This document shows positions 26,796 through 35,710 of a DNA stretch of 64,000 bases, piece by piece; position 1 is the first letter of the stretch; each line of letters begins with the position of its first letter. Below the pieces are notes generated by a model. It made no database searches and had not been told where the DNA came from. It worked only from the letters and a program-made list of their open reading frames with translations. The position numbers and the translations under genes are program-made. The stretch is from assembly GCA_043800725.1 (NCBI GenBank), contig JAZDMR010000011.1:85369-149368 (forward strand), in the 5' to 3' direction. The stretch is from a bacterium (GTDB taxonomy: Bacteria; Patescibacteriota; Patescibacteriia; HK-STAS-PATE-3).

Positions 26796-29546
26796 ATGAA
26801 TAATCAACAAGCCGCTTGCCAGCATTGTGGCGGAGACGGTTATGTAATTGACCAGTACGGCAAACCGCAAATCTGCCAGTACTGCTCTGGTATTGGCAAT
26901 TACGAACCATTTGGCTCTAGAGCAATGTTTTGGGACAAGCGCGTCGGCAGCCGCCAGATTGCCGGAGAAAAATTTGCCAGAACTTTCCGCCAGATAATAA
27001 ATGGGGTTTTGGTTGCCTTTGGCGTGGTCGGGTTTGGCTTTGGCTTTTGGAATCTGTATCAGATTATTATTGATGGAGGATTGCTACTTGATTTTTGGGA
27101 TACGAAAAACTACGGTGTGTTAATTTTTTGGATCTCAATCATTACTGATAGTTACATATATTATCGAATTGACCGGGAGAATAGGCCAAGAAAAACTATC
27201 ACCCGACAGACTGATCAGGAAATGATAACGATTTCGGATAAAAGTTATGAAGAATGGACAGCTGATGAGGGTGTTCAGGAAAACGTGGCTCAGCTTCTAA
27301 GTCCTGAACTGGAAAAACTTTTACAAAGCGCTTTTAACATAGCCAATAAGCTAAACCATCGTGAGATCTGGCCATCTCATTTGCTGGCTGCCATGATGTC
27401 CAGCAAAACGGCCATTATCGCTTTCGCCCGATTAGGGTTGGAGCATCAAGTTTTGAAAGAAAAAATATTACGGCAGTTCAGCGGCTTGCCCCAAGACTGG
27501 ATAGAAGAGCCACGTCTTGCACGAAACACCAAAGAGCTTTTTTTCACTGCCTATCGAGAAGCTTATCAGGCAAAGCAGAAGCAAGTAAATATCCCGGAAT
27601 TGCTTATTGCTCTGGCCACCACCGAAGCAAAAGCCCAAGAGCTGCTTTATGATCTGGAAGTGGATGAAAAAAAATTGCGCCATGTCGTGGCTTGGATACA
27701 CATTTCCCAAGAGCTTCGGGAGCAATACAAGCGGTTTAAGGGCCGCGCCTCCTGGAAGCCGAAAAAAGGCATGAACAGAGCAATGACTGCCCAGGAAACT
27801 AGGACCTTAAATCAATTTGGGCATGACTTAACTGAGCTGGCCCGACGAGGCGTTTTGCCGATTACCGTTGGCCGCGAAAGAGAAATGAATGAGGTTTATC
27901 GGATACTGGAGCGAGGCGGCAGTCCGATGATTGTAGGCAGCCCAGGAGTCGGTAAAACCGCTATTATTCATGGATTGGCTAGACTCATGACTTCAGAAGA
28001 CGTTCCTGAAGCTCTGCAAGATAAACGATTGGTTTCTTTGTCAGTCTCGGCTTTGGTCGGCGGGGCAAAATCAACCGGCCAGCTAGAGGGCCGATTGAAT
28101 ACCATTATCAATGAAATTATCAAGTCAGGGAATATTATTTTATTTATTGATAATGTTCAAAATTTAGTCGGCGTGTCTTCGGCTGGAGGAGACAGCTTTG
28201 ACCTGTCGGATGTGCTGGCCACTGCTCTGCGCGGCCGAGCTTTTCAAACTATCGCGACCACCAATGTAATTGAATATCGCCAGTATATAGAGAATCGTTC
28301 TTCTTTATCAGATGTTTTTACCAAGGTTAATTGCGAGGAAGTAGATACTGACGGGGCAATATTAATACTGGAATCAAAAGTAGGCGCGATTGAATACAAG
28401 CAAGGAGTATTTTTTACTTATGATGCTTTGGAAAAAACCGTTACCATGTCCCAGCGCTATATTCACGATCGCTATCTGCCGGAAAAAGCCATTACGCTTT
28501 TGGAAGAAGTGGCCGTGGATACTCGCAAGCGCCGCGGCAAGGATGCTTTTGTAAACGGCGAGGATGTGGCAAAGGTTGTTTCAGAAAAAACCAACGTAAA
28601 AGTTACCAAGGTTGACGAATCAGAAAGCGAGAGATTATTAAATTTAGAATCAATCATGCATCAGCGCATGATCGGGCAAGAGGACGCGGTCAAAGCGGTA
28701 GCCTCGGCTTTACGCCGGGCTCGCATTGAGATGCGCGACACTAAACGGCCAATTGCTAACTTCTTATTCCTAGGCCCCACCGGAGTCGGTAAAACCGAGC
28801 TGGCCAAAACCGTGGCCGAGGCTTATTTTGGCTCGGAAGAAACCATGATTCGCTTGGACATGTCCGAGTACCAGGACCCTAACAGTATTTATCGTTTGAT
28901 TGGCGCGCCGCCAGGCTCAGGCAATTCCCAGGGCGGCTATTTAACAGAGGCAATCCGCAAACAGCCATTTGCTCTGGTCTTGTTAGACGAACTTGAAAAG
29001 GCTCATCCGGATATATTAAACGTGTTCTTGCAAGTGATGGACGATGGCCGATTGACTGACGGAACGGGCCGGACCGTTGATTTCACCAATTCAATTATCA
29101 TCGCCACTTCCAACGCCGGCACGGAAGTGATTCAGAAGCGCATGAACGAAGGCGTTAAGCTGGAGAGCATTAAGCAAGAATTGATTTCGTCGGTTTTGAA
29201 TCAGCATTTCAAGCCCGAGTTAATAAACCGGTTTGATCGCATCACCGTGTTTAGGCCCCTTACCATGGCAGAGATTGTTGAGATTGCCAAGCTGATGCTG
29301 GGCCGGATTACTCATCAACTAAAAGATCGCGGTGTTACTTTTACGGCCGAGCCCGAAGCCGTTAAAGAATTGGCTCAATTAGGCTTTGATCCGATATACG
29401 GAGCCCGGCCCTTACGTCGGGTTATTCAAGAACGTGTTGATAATGCCCTGGCTAATTACTTACTCCAAGGCAAACTTGGCCGCAGAGACGTGGCTGTGCT
29501 TGAGCAGGGCGGGCATATTAGAGTTGAACAGGCGGAGAGGTTGTAA
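26796..29546 (+). CDS. ClpC/ClpB-like AAA+ ATPase with N-terminal Zn finger and TM helices
   Basis: Walker A GSPGVGKT and GPTGVGKTE, RLDMSEY, LDELEKAHPD, GARPLRR; N-terminal CQHCGGDG/CQYCSGIG; ATG 26796 in frame. Confidence 0.92.
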   Translation: MNNQQAACQHCGGDGYVIDQYGKPQICQYCSGIGNYEPFGSRAMFWDKRVGSRQIAGEKFARTFRQIINGVLVAFGVVGFGFGFWNLYQIIIDGGLLLDFWDTKNYGVLIFWISIITDSYIYYRIDRENRPRKTITRQTDQEMITISDKSYEEWTADEGVQENVAQLLSPELEKLLQSAFNIANKLNHREIWPSHLLAAMMSSKTAIIAFARLGLEHQVLKEKILRQFSGLPQDWIEEPRLARNTKELFFTAYREAYQAKQKQVNIPELLIALATTEAKAQELLYDLEVDEKKLRHVVAWIHISQELREQYKRFKGRASWKPKKGMNRAMTAQETRTLNQFGHDLTELARRGVLPITVGREREMNEVYRILERGGSPMIVGSPGVGKTAIIHGLARLMTSEDVPEALQDKRLVSLSVSALVGGAKSTGQLEGRLNTIINEIIKSGNIILFIDNVQNLVGVSSAGGDSFDLSDVLATALRGRAFQTIATTNVIEYRQYIENRSSLSDVFTKVNCEEVDTDGAILILESKVGAIEYKQGVFFTYDALEKTVTMSQRYIHDRYLPEKAITLLEEVAVDTRKRRGKDAFVNGEDVAKVVSEKTNVKVTKVDESESERLLNLESIMHQRMIGQEDAVKAVASALRRARIEMRDTKRPIANFLFLGPTGVGKTELAKTVAEAYFGSEETMIRLDMSEYQDPNSIYRLIGAPPGSGNSQGGYLTEAIRKQPFALVLLDELEKAHPDILNVFLQVMDDGRLTDGTGRTVDFTNSIIIATSNAGTEVIQKRMNEGVKLESIKQELISSVLNQHFKPELINRFDRITVFRPLTMAEIVEIAKLMLGRITHQLKDRGVTFTAEPEAVKELAQLGFDPIYGARPLRRVIQERVDNALANYLLQGKLGRRDVAVLEQGGHIRVEQAERL

Positions 29547-29558
29547 TATAGTTCAGCT

Positions 29559-29681
29559 ATGGAACATTTAAGTACAATCTTTGGCTGGGGATCACCAATC
29601 GGCTTAGGCATTCTCATATTATGCCTGGGTGGATTTATTTGTCTCGTATCAAAGGCTGACAAGAAGAGAAATAAGGAATAA
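29559..29681 (+). CDS. Small single-TM protein, 40 aa (MEHLSTIFGWGSPIGLGILILCLGGFICLVSKADKKRNKE)
   Basis: Open frame just after the clp stop; hydrophobic helix plus basic tail; not in the ORF track. Confidence 0.6.
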   Translation: MEHLSTIFGWGSPIGLGILILCLGGFICLVSKADKKRNKE

Positions 29682-29875
29682 TTTAATATTATTGCTGGAA
29701 ATTGACGAGCAATACTTTTTTTGACTGGCTCGTTTTCTACTAACATAAATGTTCTATAGGTGAAGATGGCCATCTTCACCTGCGGCAAGGTGGATATTAT
29801 TTATTAATATCGTTGGTTTGATTCAACTATAAATTAGGTTAGATTGCGCCCGCCCCTGCCATCCTTTCGGATGGC

Positions 29876-30029
29876 AGAGTATATTAGATGCGGCTCGAAC
29901 CTATTTTGAAAAGAATTCCTGATTTCTGGGGCGGGACGGAATTCCCCCCAGACCCCCTTTCCGCCCCGCCCGTCGGAGCCTGTTCTGAATTTTATTCTGG
30001 GATTTCTCTTTTTCGCTGGGATGTTTCGT
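29876..30029 (+). repeat. Left 154-bp inverted repeat flanking the DGR
   Basis: Reverse complement of 33414-33567 with about 3 mismatches. Confidence 0.92.
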
Positions 30030-30174
30030 ATCCCGCTACTGCGAGATGCGCCGCCTGATAAGGGAGCGATTGCCCCACCCTCCCGTGCACGCGCTCATTG
30101 CTCCCTGAAAGAGAATACCCTAATTTGGGTTAAACTACTTTAGACTATATCATAAAGGCAAAGGAATCACCACC

Positions 30175-30393
30175 ATGAACAAGACGCAACACAAACGTCA
30201 ATACATCCGTTTTACCCAAAAGCTGAAAGCCGCAAGAATACAAGTGGGTTTGACGCAGATGGAAGCCGCAAAAAAACTGAAAAAGCCACAAACGTATGTA
30301 TCTAAATGCGAACTTGGCGAACGGCGGGTTGATGTCATCGAATTGGCCGGATTTGCTCGGATTTACGATAAATCAATCACCTATTTCGGCTAA
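30175..30393 (+). CDS. XRE-family HTH regulator
   Basis: LKAARIQVGLTQMEAAKKLKKPQTYVSKCELGERRVDVIEL. Confidence 0.9.
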   Translation: MNKTQHKRQYIRFTQKLKAARIQVGLTQMEAAKKLKKPQTYVSKCELGERRVDVIELAGFARIYDKSITYFG

Positions 30394-30627
30394 TAATAGG
30401 GCAATTACGGCGCAAAGGTTATTGACAAGTTAGCCATTTAGGTGTATTATTGCCTATCTTTGACAATTGATCCCGGAACAAGCCCGGGACAAGCTTGCGA
30501 ATGAAAGCCGTAGCTTTAAGGGTGTAACTCTTTATGCTTTTGAAGTTGCGGCTACTCACGCCAACGCTCGCAAGCCCGAGGCGACATTCTCGGACAAACA
30601 ATCTCCAATCAAGAGGAGGATGACGAC

Positions 30628-31242
30628 ATGGGAACCCCCATGACCACATCCACGATGACCGAAGGTCAGATAAACCGGGCGTGCGAGATCTTCCGCGCCC
30701 AGCTCACGAGGCGCGCTTCCGAGCTTTCCTCGGACGCGGTACAGGAGGCGTTCGGCGATCCCGCGCTTGGCTCCGACTGGTTCGCCGTTCTGCAGAAGCG
30801 CGTCGATCTCATCGGCAGCACTTTCACGGCCACCGTCAACTATGACGATCCGCAGTGGCGGACCATCGAAAGGAGCCGCTACGCCAACATGAGCGACGTG
30901 AAGCCCAAGGACTACCCGGTCGGCGGGAAGGGCTCGAAGCCAATCAAATACCGCCTCCTGGAGTTCGACCACGATCCGCTCGACGACGAGGTGCTGGCCA
31001 AGATGGCGGAGATGAACTGCCGCCAGCCCGACCGTGCCGAGTCCGAGACGATCATTCGTAGCTTCACTGCCGAGGAGCTTCGGGCGCATCCAGTCATCGG
31101 TCTCATCGGCCCTGCCGTGAAGCGCAATGGCAACCTCCTTCGCGCCTACGTCGATGGCTACGAGAACGGCGTGAACCTCGTCTGGAGCTGGACCGGCAAA
31201 CGCTGGAGTCGGTACTGCCACTTCGTGGCCGTCTGCAAGTAG
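30628..31242 (+). CDS. DGR target (variable) protein, probable C-terminal CLec-like domain
   Basis: GAGGAGG RBS; 3' end is the VR; visibly more GC-rich than flanking host genes. Confidence 0.9.
   Translation: MGTPMTTSTMTEGQINRACEIFRAQLTRRASELSSDAVQEAFGDPALGSDWFAVLQKRVDLIGSTFTATVNYDDPQWRTIERSRYANMSDVKPKDYPVGGKGSKPIKYRLLEFDHDPLDDEVLAKMAEMNCRQPDRAESETIIRSFTAEELRAHPVIGLIGPAVKRNGNLLRAYVDGYENGVNLVWSWTGKRWSRYCHFVAVCK
31107..31240 (+). repeat. DGR variable repeat (VR)
   Basis: 134 bp; differs from TR at 11 positions, all of which are A in TR. Confidence 0.95.
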
Positions 31243-31262
31243 AACTTGTTCTCTGGGATCCT

Positions 31263-31341
31263 GGGAACTTCTGTTCCCTTGGGCCCTTGCATATCGACCC
31301 GCTTCAAATTTCTGGCTTCGGCTGGAAATGCGAGGCGGGTC
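31263..31341 (+). promoter_or_regulatory. Hairpins downstream of VR (candidate DGR target-recognition stem-loop and terminator)
   Basis: GGGAAC-TTCT-GTTCCC at 31263-31278; GACCCGCTTC...GAGGCGGGTC at 31296-31341. Confidence 0.6.
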
Positions 31342-31608
31342 TTCTTCATTTCAAAAAAATCTGATATACTCTTTACGGAAAGTAAATGACACTGCTCGCG
31401 GCCACGGTTGCGAGCGATTGAACTCTAGTACGTCGAGACGACCGGAATATCCATGACTACGGTTATGGGTAGCGCGTCCCTCACGATTCTTCGGAAACGG
31501 AGATTTACTTGGTGCGGCATATCAGGCGGAGTATAAGGCTCCCGAATGAAATACAGCCCAGAGAGTATTCAATGGGCGGTGGAACAGACGGTATGCTGTA
31601 CAATGTGA

Positions 31609-31742
31609 CGGCCCTGCCGTGAAGCGCAATGGCAACCTCAATCGCGCCTACGTCAATGGCAACGAGAACGGCGTGAACCTCAACTGGAACTGGACCGACA
31701 AACGCTGGAATCAGAACTGCCACTTCGTGGCCGTCTGCAAGT
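31609..31742 (+). repeat. DGR template repeat (TR)
   Basis: AAC/AAT-rich copy of VR in an intergenic position. Confidence 0.95.
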
Positions 31743-31763
31743 TTCTTCGGCTCCTCTCCCTTG

Positions 31764-32111
31764 TCAGGGCAGGGGAGCTTCCGTTTGCAATTGTTTTTTC
31801 CAGCCGCCGAGCATCTTCCCGACTTCAGCTAATGGTTCGGAAATTCGCGCATAGTGTTTTGTATCGAGCGCCTTCAATTCCCACGTAATTTGCAGAAAAT
31901 ATTTGAGCGCATCGAGTTTCGTGCACGCACGTAACACAATTGCTAATTTCATTTCTCGTGATGAGTATCCGGCATGCAAGATCAACTCAACCGTTTCAAT
32001 GAATAACGCATCAATCTTTGCTCCAAGTGTGTATCGCGTCAATCTTGGAATGTGCGGCAATAACCCATGCCAGACCTTATATGCGTCTGAAGCTTTTTGT
32101 AGCACAGGCAA
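31764..32111 (-). CDS. avd: DGR accessory variability determinant (four-helix bundle)
   Basis: RYTLGAKID..KLDALKYFLQI..EVGKMLGGW; located between TR and RT. Confidence 0.85.
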   Translation of the reverse strand: MPVLQKASDAYKVWHGLLPHIPRLTRYTLGAKIDALFIETVELILHAGYSSREMKLAIVLRACTKLDALKYFLQITWELKALDTKHYARISEPLAEVGKMLGGWKKQLQTEAPLP

Positions 32112-32160
32112 ATTGCCGAAAGCGTTGGGGGGGGGGCGACTTAATTGCTTTCTGCGTACT

Positions 32161-33168
32161 ATGAATATTCAACTGCGTCATACGTATCAGGAAATTATTG
32201 GGTTAGAAAATTTGCTGGCGGCGTGGGAGGAGTTCCGGTTAGGTAAGCGCGACAAACCGGATGTCCAGGCATTTGTCCGCCACCTCCTGGATAACATTGT
32301 ACAGCTTCATGAGGATTTAGCCAACTTTACCTATCGGCACGGCGGGTACAAAGCGTTCGCCATCAACGACCCGAAGCCGCGACAAATCCACAAAGCCAGC
32401 GTGCGTGATCGGTTATTGCACCACGTCATCTATCGCATTTTGTATCCATTCTTTGACCGCACGTTTATTGCTGACTCGTTTTCCTGCCGGGTGGATAAGG
32501 GCACATTGAATGCGATAGAAAGGTTTCAAACATTTGGCTACCAAGTCAGCCGCAATAATACGCGCACGTGCTGGGTATTGAAATGCGATATTCGGAAATT
32601 CTTTGCAAATATCAATCATGGTATTCTGTTACAAGTTCTTGCAAGGTATCTACCTGACCAAAATATCCTGTGGTTGCTGGAAAATGTAATCGACAGTTTT
32701 GACACGAAACCGGGTGTCGGCTTGTCGCTGGGTAATCTCACGTCACAGTTGTTCGTGAATGTCTACATGAACGAATTTGACCAATTTGTGAAACAAAAGA
32801 TGAGGTGGAAACACTACATTCGGTATGCTGACGATTTTGCATTTCTCTCGGATGATCGAACAGTGCTTGCGGCAATGCTTCCTATGGTTGATGATTATTT
32901 GGTGGCAACATTACAGCTCCAACTTCATCCCGACAAGGTGTTTATCAAGACCCTTGCCTCCGGCGTGGATTTTCTCGGCTGGGTGCATTTCTTAAACCAT
33001 CGGGTATTGCGAACCACGGCACGGTGGCGAATGATGGCGCGAATCAAAGAACACGGCACGCCGGAAACGGTGCAATCGTATTTAGGTTTATTACAGCATG
33101 GCAATACGTACAGACTCGAACAGGAAGTGCGGAATGCCGAATGGTTGTGGTATAATGATAACAATTAA
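32161..33168 (+). CDS. DGR reverse transcriptase
   Basis: DPKPRQI, RDRLLHH, LKCDIRKFF, LGNLTSQLF.NVYMNEFD, YIRYADDF, GVDFLGW; probable start ATG 32161. Confidence 0.95.
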   Translation: MNIQLRHTYQEIIGLENLLAAWEEFRLGKRDKPDVQAFVRHLLDNIVQLHEDLANFTYRHGGYKAFAINDPKPRQIHKASVRDRLLHHVIYRILYPFFDRTFIADSFSCRVDKGTLNAIERFQTFGYQVSRNNTRTCWVLKCDIRKFFANINHGILLQVLARYLPDQNILWLLENVIDSFDTKPGVGLSLGNLTSQLFVNVYMNEFDQFVKQKMRWKHYIRYADDFAFLSDDRTVLAAMLPMVDDYLVATLQLQLHPDKVFIKTLASGVDFLGWVHFLNHRVLRTTARWRMMARIKEHGTPETVQSYLGLLQHGNTYRLEQEVRNAEWLWYNDNN

Positions 33169-33413
33169 TGGCGGACAACATGGCGAAACAGGAATTTGGA
33201 CAACAATGCTTCAACAAATGCGGCAAGCAGAGATTTACTGAAACAGATGGTTGGTATTTCGACTCTGCAGGTTCAACCGGAGTCGGAATGTCCACGCCAC
33301 CGGACGTAACCTATTTTCGGGTACTTTGTTAAGACTGTTATTCTGGGGTCGGCGGTGAACGCTGGAAACCGATACCTACATCTGACTAACGCGGCGCGCG
33401 TCGTACTTGGCGC

Positions 33414-33567
33414 ACGAAACATCCCAGCGAAAAAGAGAAATCCTAGAATAAAATTCAGAACAGGCTCCGACGGGCGGGGCGGAAGGGTGGTCTGGGGGGA
33501 ATTCCGTCCCGCCCCAGAAATCAGGAATTCTTTTCAAAATAGGTTCGAGCCGCATCTAATATACTCT
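33414..33567 (-). repeat. Right 154-bp inverted repeat flanking the DGR
   Basis: Reverse complement of 29876-30029. Confidence 0.92.
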
Positions 33568-33768
33568 CCCTAAAACTCCCCTCCTAATAATTGGAGGGGT
33601 TGGTGGTGGGGCGGGCTTTCAGCTATAGTTAGATATTAATTTGACCACTTGACCACTTGAATACTTATTTGTATAGTAATTATTGAAGGCAAGAATATTT
33701 GGAATGCCTTCTGTGACAGTGTTCTTTTCAAATGTGTGTAACCTTCGTTTCTCCATGGAGGAATCGAT

Positions 33769-34248
33769 ATGAAAAAAGTATCCTGGTGGCTCCTGGTTCC
33801 GTTGATAGTCGCCGTCGCGATGATTTGCGTGAACGAGGGCATGGCCATCCCAATCGAAATGACGATGGACGCGATCCAGAAAGTCTCAATAACCAGAGAC
33901 GAAATCGCTACGCAGAACGAGGCTACGAGCTACAATACCAGCATCTTCGAAGCGCTGGTCGTGGCTCAGTACGTGGCGGACGCTGATAACGAGGGCTATC
34001 TCCCGGAAAACCAACAAAACCAAGGCGCCAACATTGATAATGAGGCGGCGACGGTAATGTACGAGGTCTATGTCCTCAAATTGCCGATCGACGCTAATGA
34101 CGCTTTGACTTCTTCTTCCTGGAATTATGCCGCCGAAACTACGGAAGCTATGACTGAAACTGGGGTCTCCAAGGGGCAAGCGCCAATCACGATCATTGCG
34201 TTCAGGATCATACACGAGACGCCGTCGACCATCGTCCTGCGGGCCTAA
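33769..34248 (+). CDS. Hypothetical secreted protein
   Basis: GGAGG RBS; signal peptide MKKVSWWLLVPLIVAVAMIC; terminator at about 34288-34322. Confidence 0.65.
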   Translation: MKKVSWWLLVPLIVAVAMICVNEGMAIPIEMTMDAIQKVSITRDEIATQNEATSYNTSIFEALVVAQYVADADNEGYLPENQQNQGANIDNEAATVMYEVYVLKLPIDANDALTSSSWNYAAETTEAMTETGVSKGQAPITIIAFRIIHETPSTIVLRA

Positions 34249-34372
34249 GAGAAATTGGCAGGGACGTCAAGTCGTAACAGCCTAACCCCCCGCACTAAAA
34301 CATCAGTGCGGGGCTTTTCTTTTAAAAAAGCACCAAAGTTGCCCAAGCGTGGAAGCTTGGGCTATACTGAAT

Positions 34373-35710
34373 ATGTTTATGACAGACCAAAGCGATAAAA
34401 TGGAGAAAATTGTATCACTGGCCAAGAGGCGCGGTTTTGTATTTCCGACCGCTGAGATGTACGGCGGATTGCAGGGCTTTTGGGATTGGGGCCCCTTAGG
34501 CGTGGAATTAAAGAACAATATTAAAAAAGAGTGGTGGAAAAAGTTTGTTCAGGAACATCGCGATGTTGTTGGGTTAGATAGTGCGATCGTGACTAATCCA
34601 AAGGTTTGGGAAAAGAGCGGGCACATAATAGGGTTTGCCGACAAGCTTTTGGAATGCAAAGAATGTCATCATAGATTTAAAAAAGAGGACATCTCAGCCG
34701 CCGACGGATCCGGAGGAAGCTGCCCGAATTGTTCCAGTAATAAATTTTCGGAAGAAAAAGATTTTAACACGATGTTCAAAACGTTTGTTGGGCCGGTAGA
34801 AGATTCATCCTCGGAAGCTTTTCTTCGCCCAGAAACAGCGCAAAATATTTTTGTTAATTTTGAAACAGTCCAGCAGACCATGCGCTTGAAATTGCCTTTT
34901 GGTATAGCGCAGATCGGCAAAGCGTTTCGCAATGAGATAACTCCGGGTAATTTTATTTTTAGAACGCGCGAGTTTGAGCAAATGGAACTGGAGTTTTTCG
35001 TCAAACCGGAAGAAGATGAAAAATGGTTTGATTATTGGGTTAAAGAATCAGTCAAATGGTTTGAGGATTTTGGTATAAAAAAAGCGAATTTACGCCAATA
35101 TCAGCAAAAGAAAGAGGAGCTGGCCCATTATGCCAAAGCAACTGTTGACCTTGAGTACAAGTGGCCGTTTGATAAAGGTTGGGGCGAACTAATGGGAATT
35201 GCTAACCGTACCGATTATGACTTAAAAGCTCACGGCTTGGAGTATGCGGATGATCAGGGAAAAATTACTCCTTATGTAATAGAGCCTTCATTTGGAGTAG
35301 AGCGAGCGGCACTAGCCTTTTTGCTTGATGCCTATGATGCGGTGAAAGGGGGCCGGACAACAACCACTGAAAGCAATAAGGAAGAAGAGGTTGTGCTGAG
35401 GCTGCACAAATCGCTAGCGCCGATAAAAGTTGCCATTCTGCCATTATCAAAAAAGGAAAAAATTACCAAGATGGCTAATGATATTTTTGAAAATTTAAGC
35501 TCTGAGTTTATGTGTGCTTATGATGAAGTTTCTTCAGTCGGCCGCCGTTATCGGAGGCAGGATGAGATTGGCACGCCATACTGCATAACCGTCGACTTTG
35601 ATTCATTGGAAGATAAGCAAGTGACTATTCGCGACCGGGACACCATGAAGCAGGATAGAGTTGCCATAAATGATTTAACCACAATATTACAGGAAAAATT
35701 CCATGCTTAA
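34373..35710 (+). CDS. glyQS: Glycine--tRNA ligase (alpha2 type)
   Basis: LAKRRGF, LRPETAQNIF, FRNEITP, REFEQMELEFF, IEPSFGVER, GRRYRRQDEIGTP. Confidence 0.96.
   Translation: MFMTDQSDKMEKIVSLAKRRGFVFPTAEMYGGLQGFWDWGPLGVELKNNIKKEWWKKFVQEHRDVVGLDSAIVTNPKVWEKSGHIIGFADKLLECKECHHRFKKEDISAADGSGGSCPNCSSNKFSEEKDFNTMFKTFVGPVEDSSSEAFLRPETAQNIFVNFETVQQTMRLKLPFGIAQIGKAFRNEITPGNFIFRTREFEQMELEFFVKPEEDEKWFDYWVKESVKWFEDFGIKKANLRQYQQKKEELAHYAKATVDLEYKWPFDKGWGELMGIANRTDYDLKAHGLEYADDQGKITPYVIEPSFGVERAALAFLLDAYDAVKGGRTTTTESNKEEEVVLRLHKSLAPIKVAILPLSKKEKITKMANDIFENLSSEFMCAYDEVSSVGRRYRRQDEIGTPYCITVDFDSLEDKQVTIRDRDTMKQDRVAINDLTTILQEKFHA

Larger units (their letters stand above)
29876..33567. mobile_element. Diversity-generating retroelement cassette within long inverted repeats
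   Basis: HTH, target+VR, TR, avd and RT enclosed by 154-bp IRs. Confidence 0.85.

Noticed and set aside
30556-31221. 221-aa antisense ORF over the DGR target
   Set aside because: Shadow frame of a GC-rich gene; the plus-strand ORF has the RBS and the VR
31619-31888. 89-aa Asn-rich ORF
   Set aside because: It is the DGR template repeat read in frame and overlaps avd antisense; no RBS
31903-32160. N-terminal extension of the RT in the ORF track
   Set aside because: Antisense to avd; RT-like sequence begins at ATG 32161
33355-33573. 72-aa ORF at the right end of the DGR
   Set aside because: Runs through the inverted repeat; no RBS and no transposase motifs
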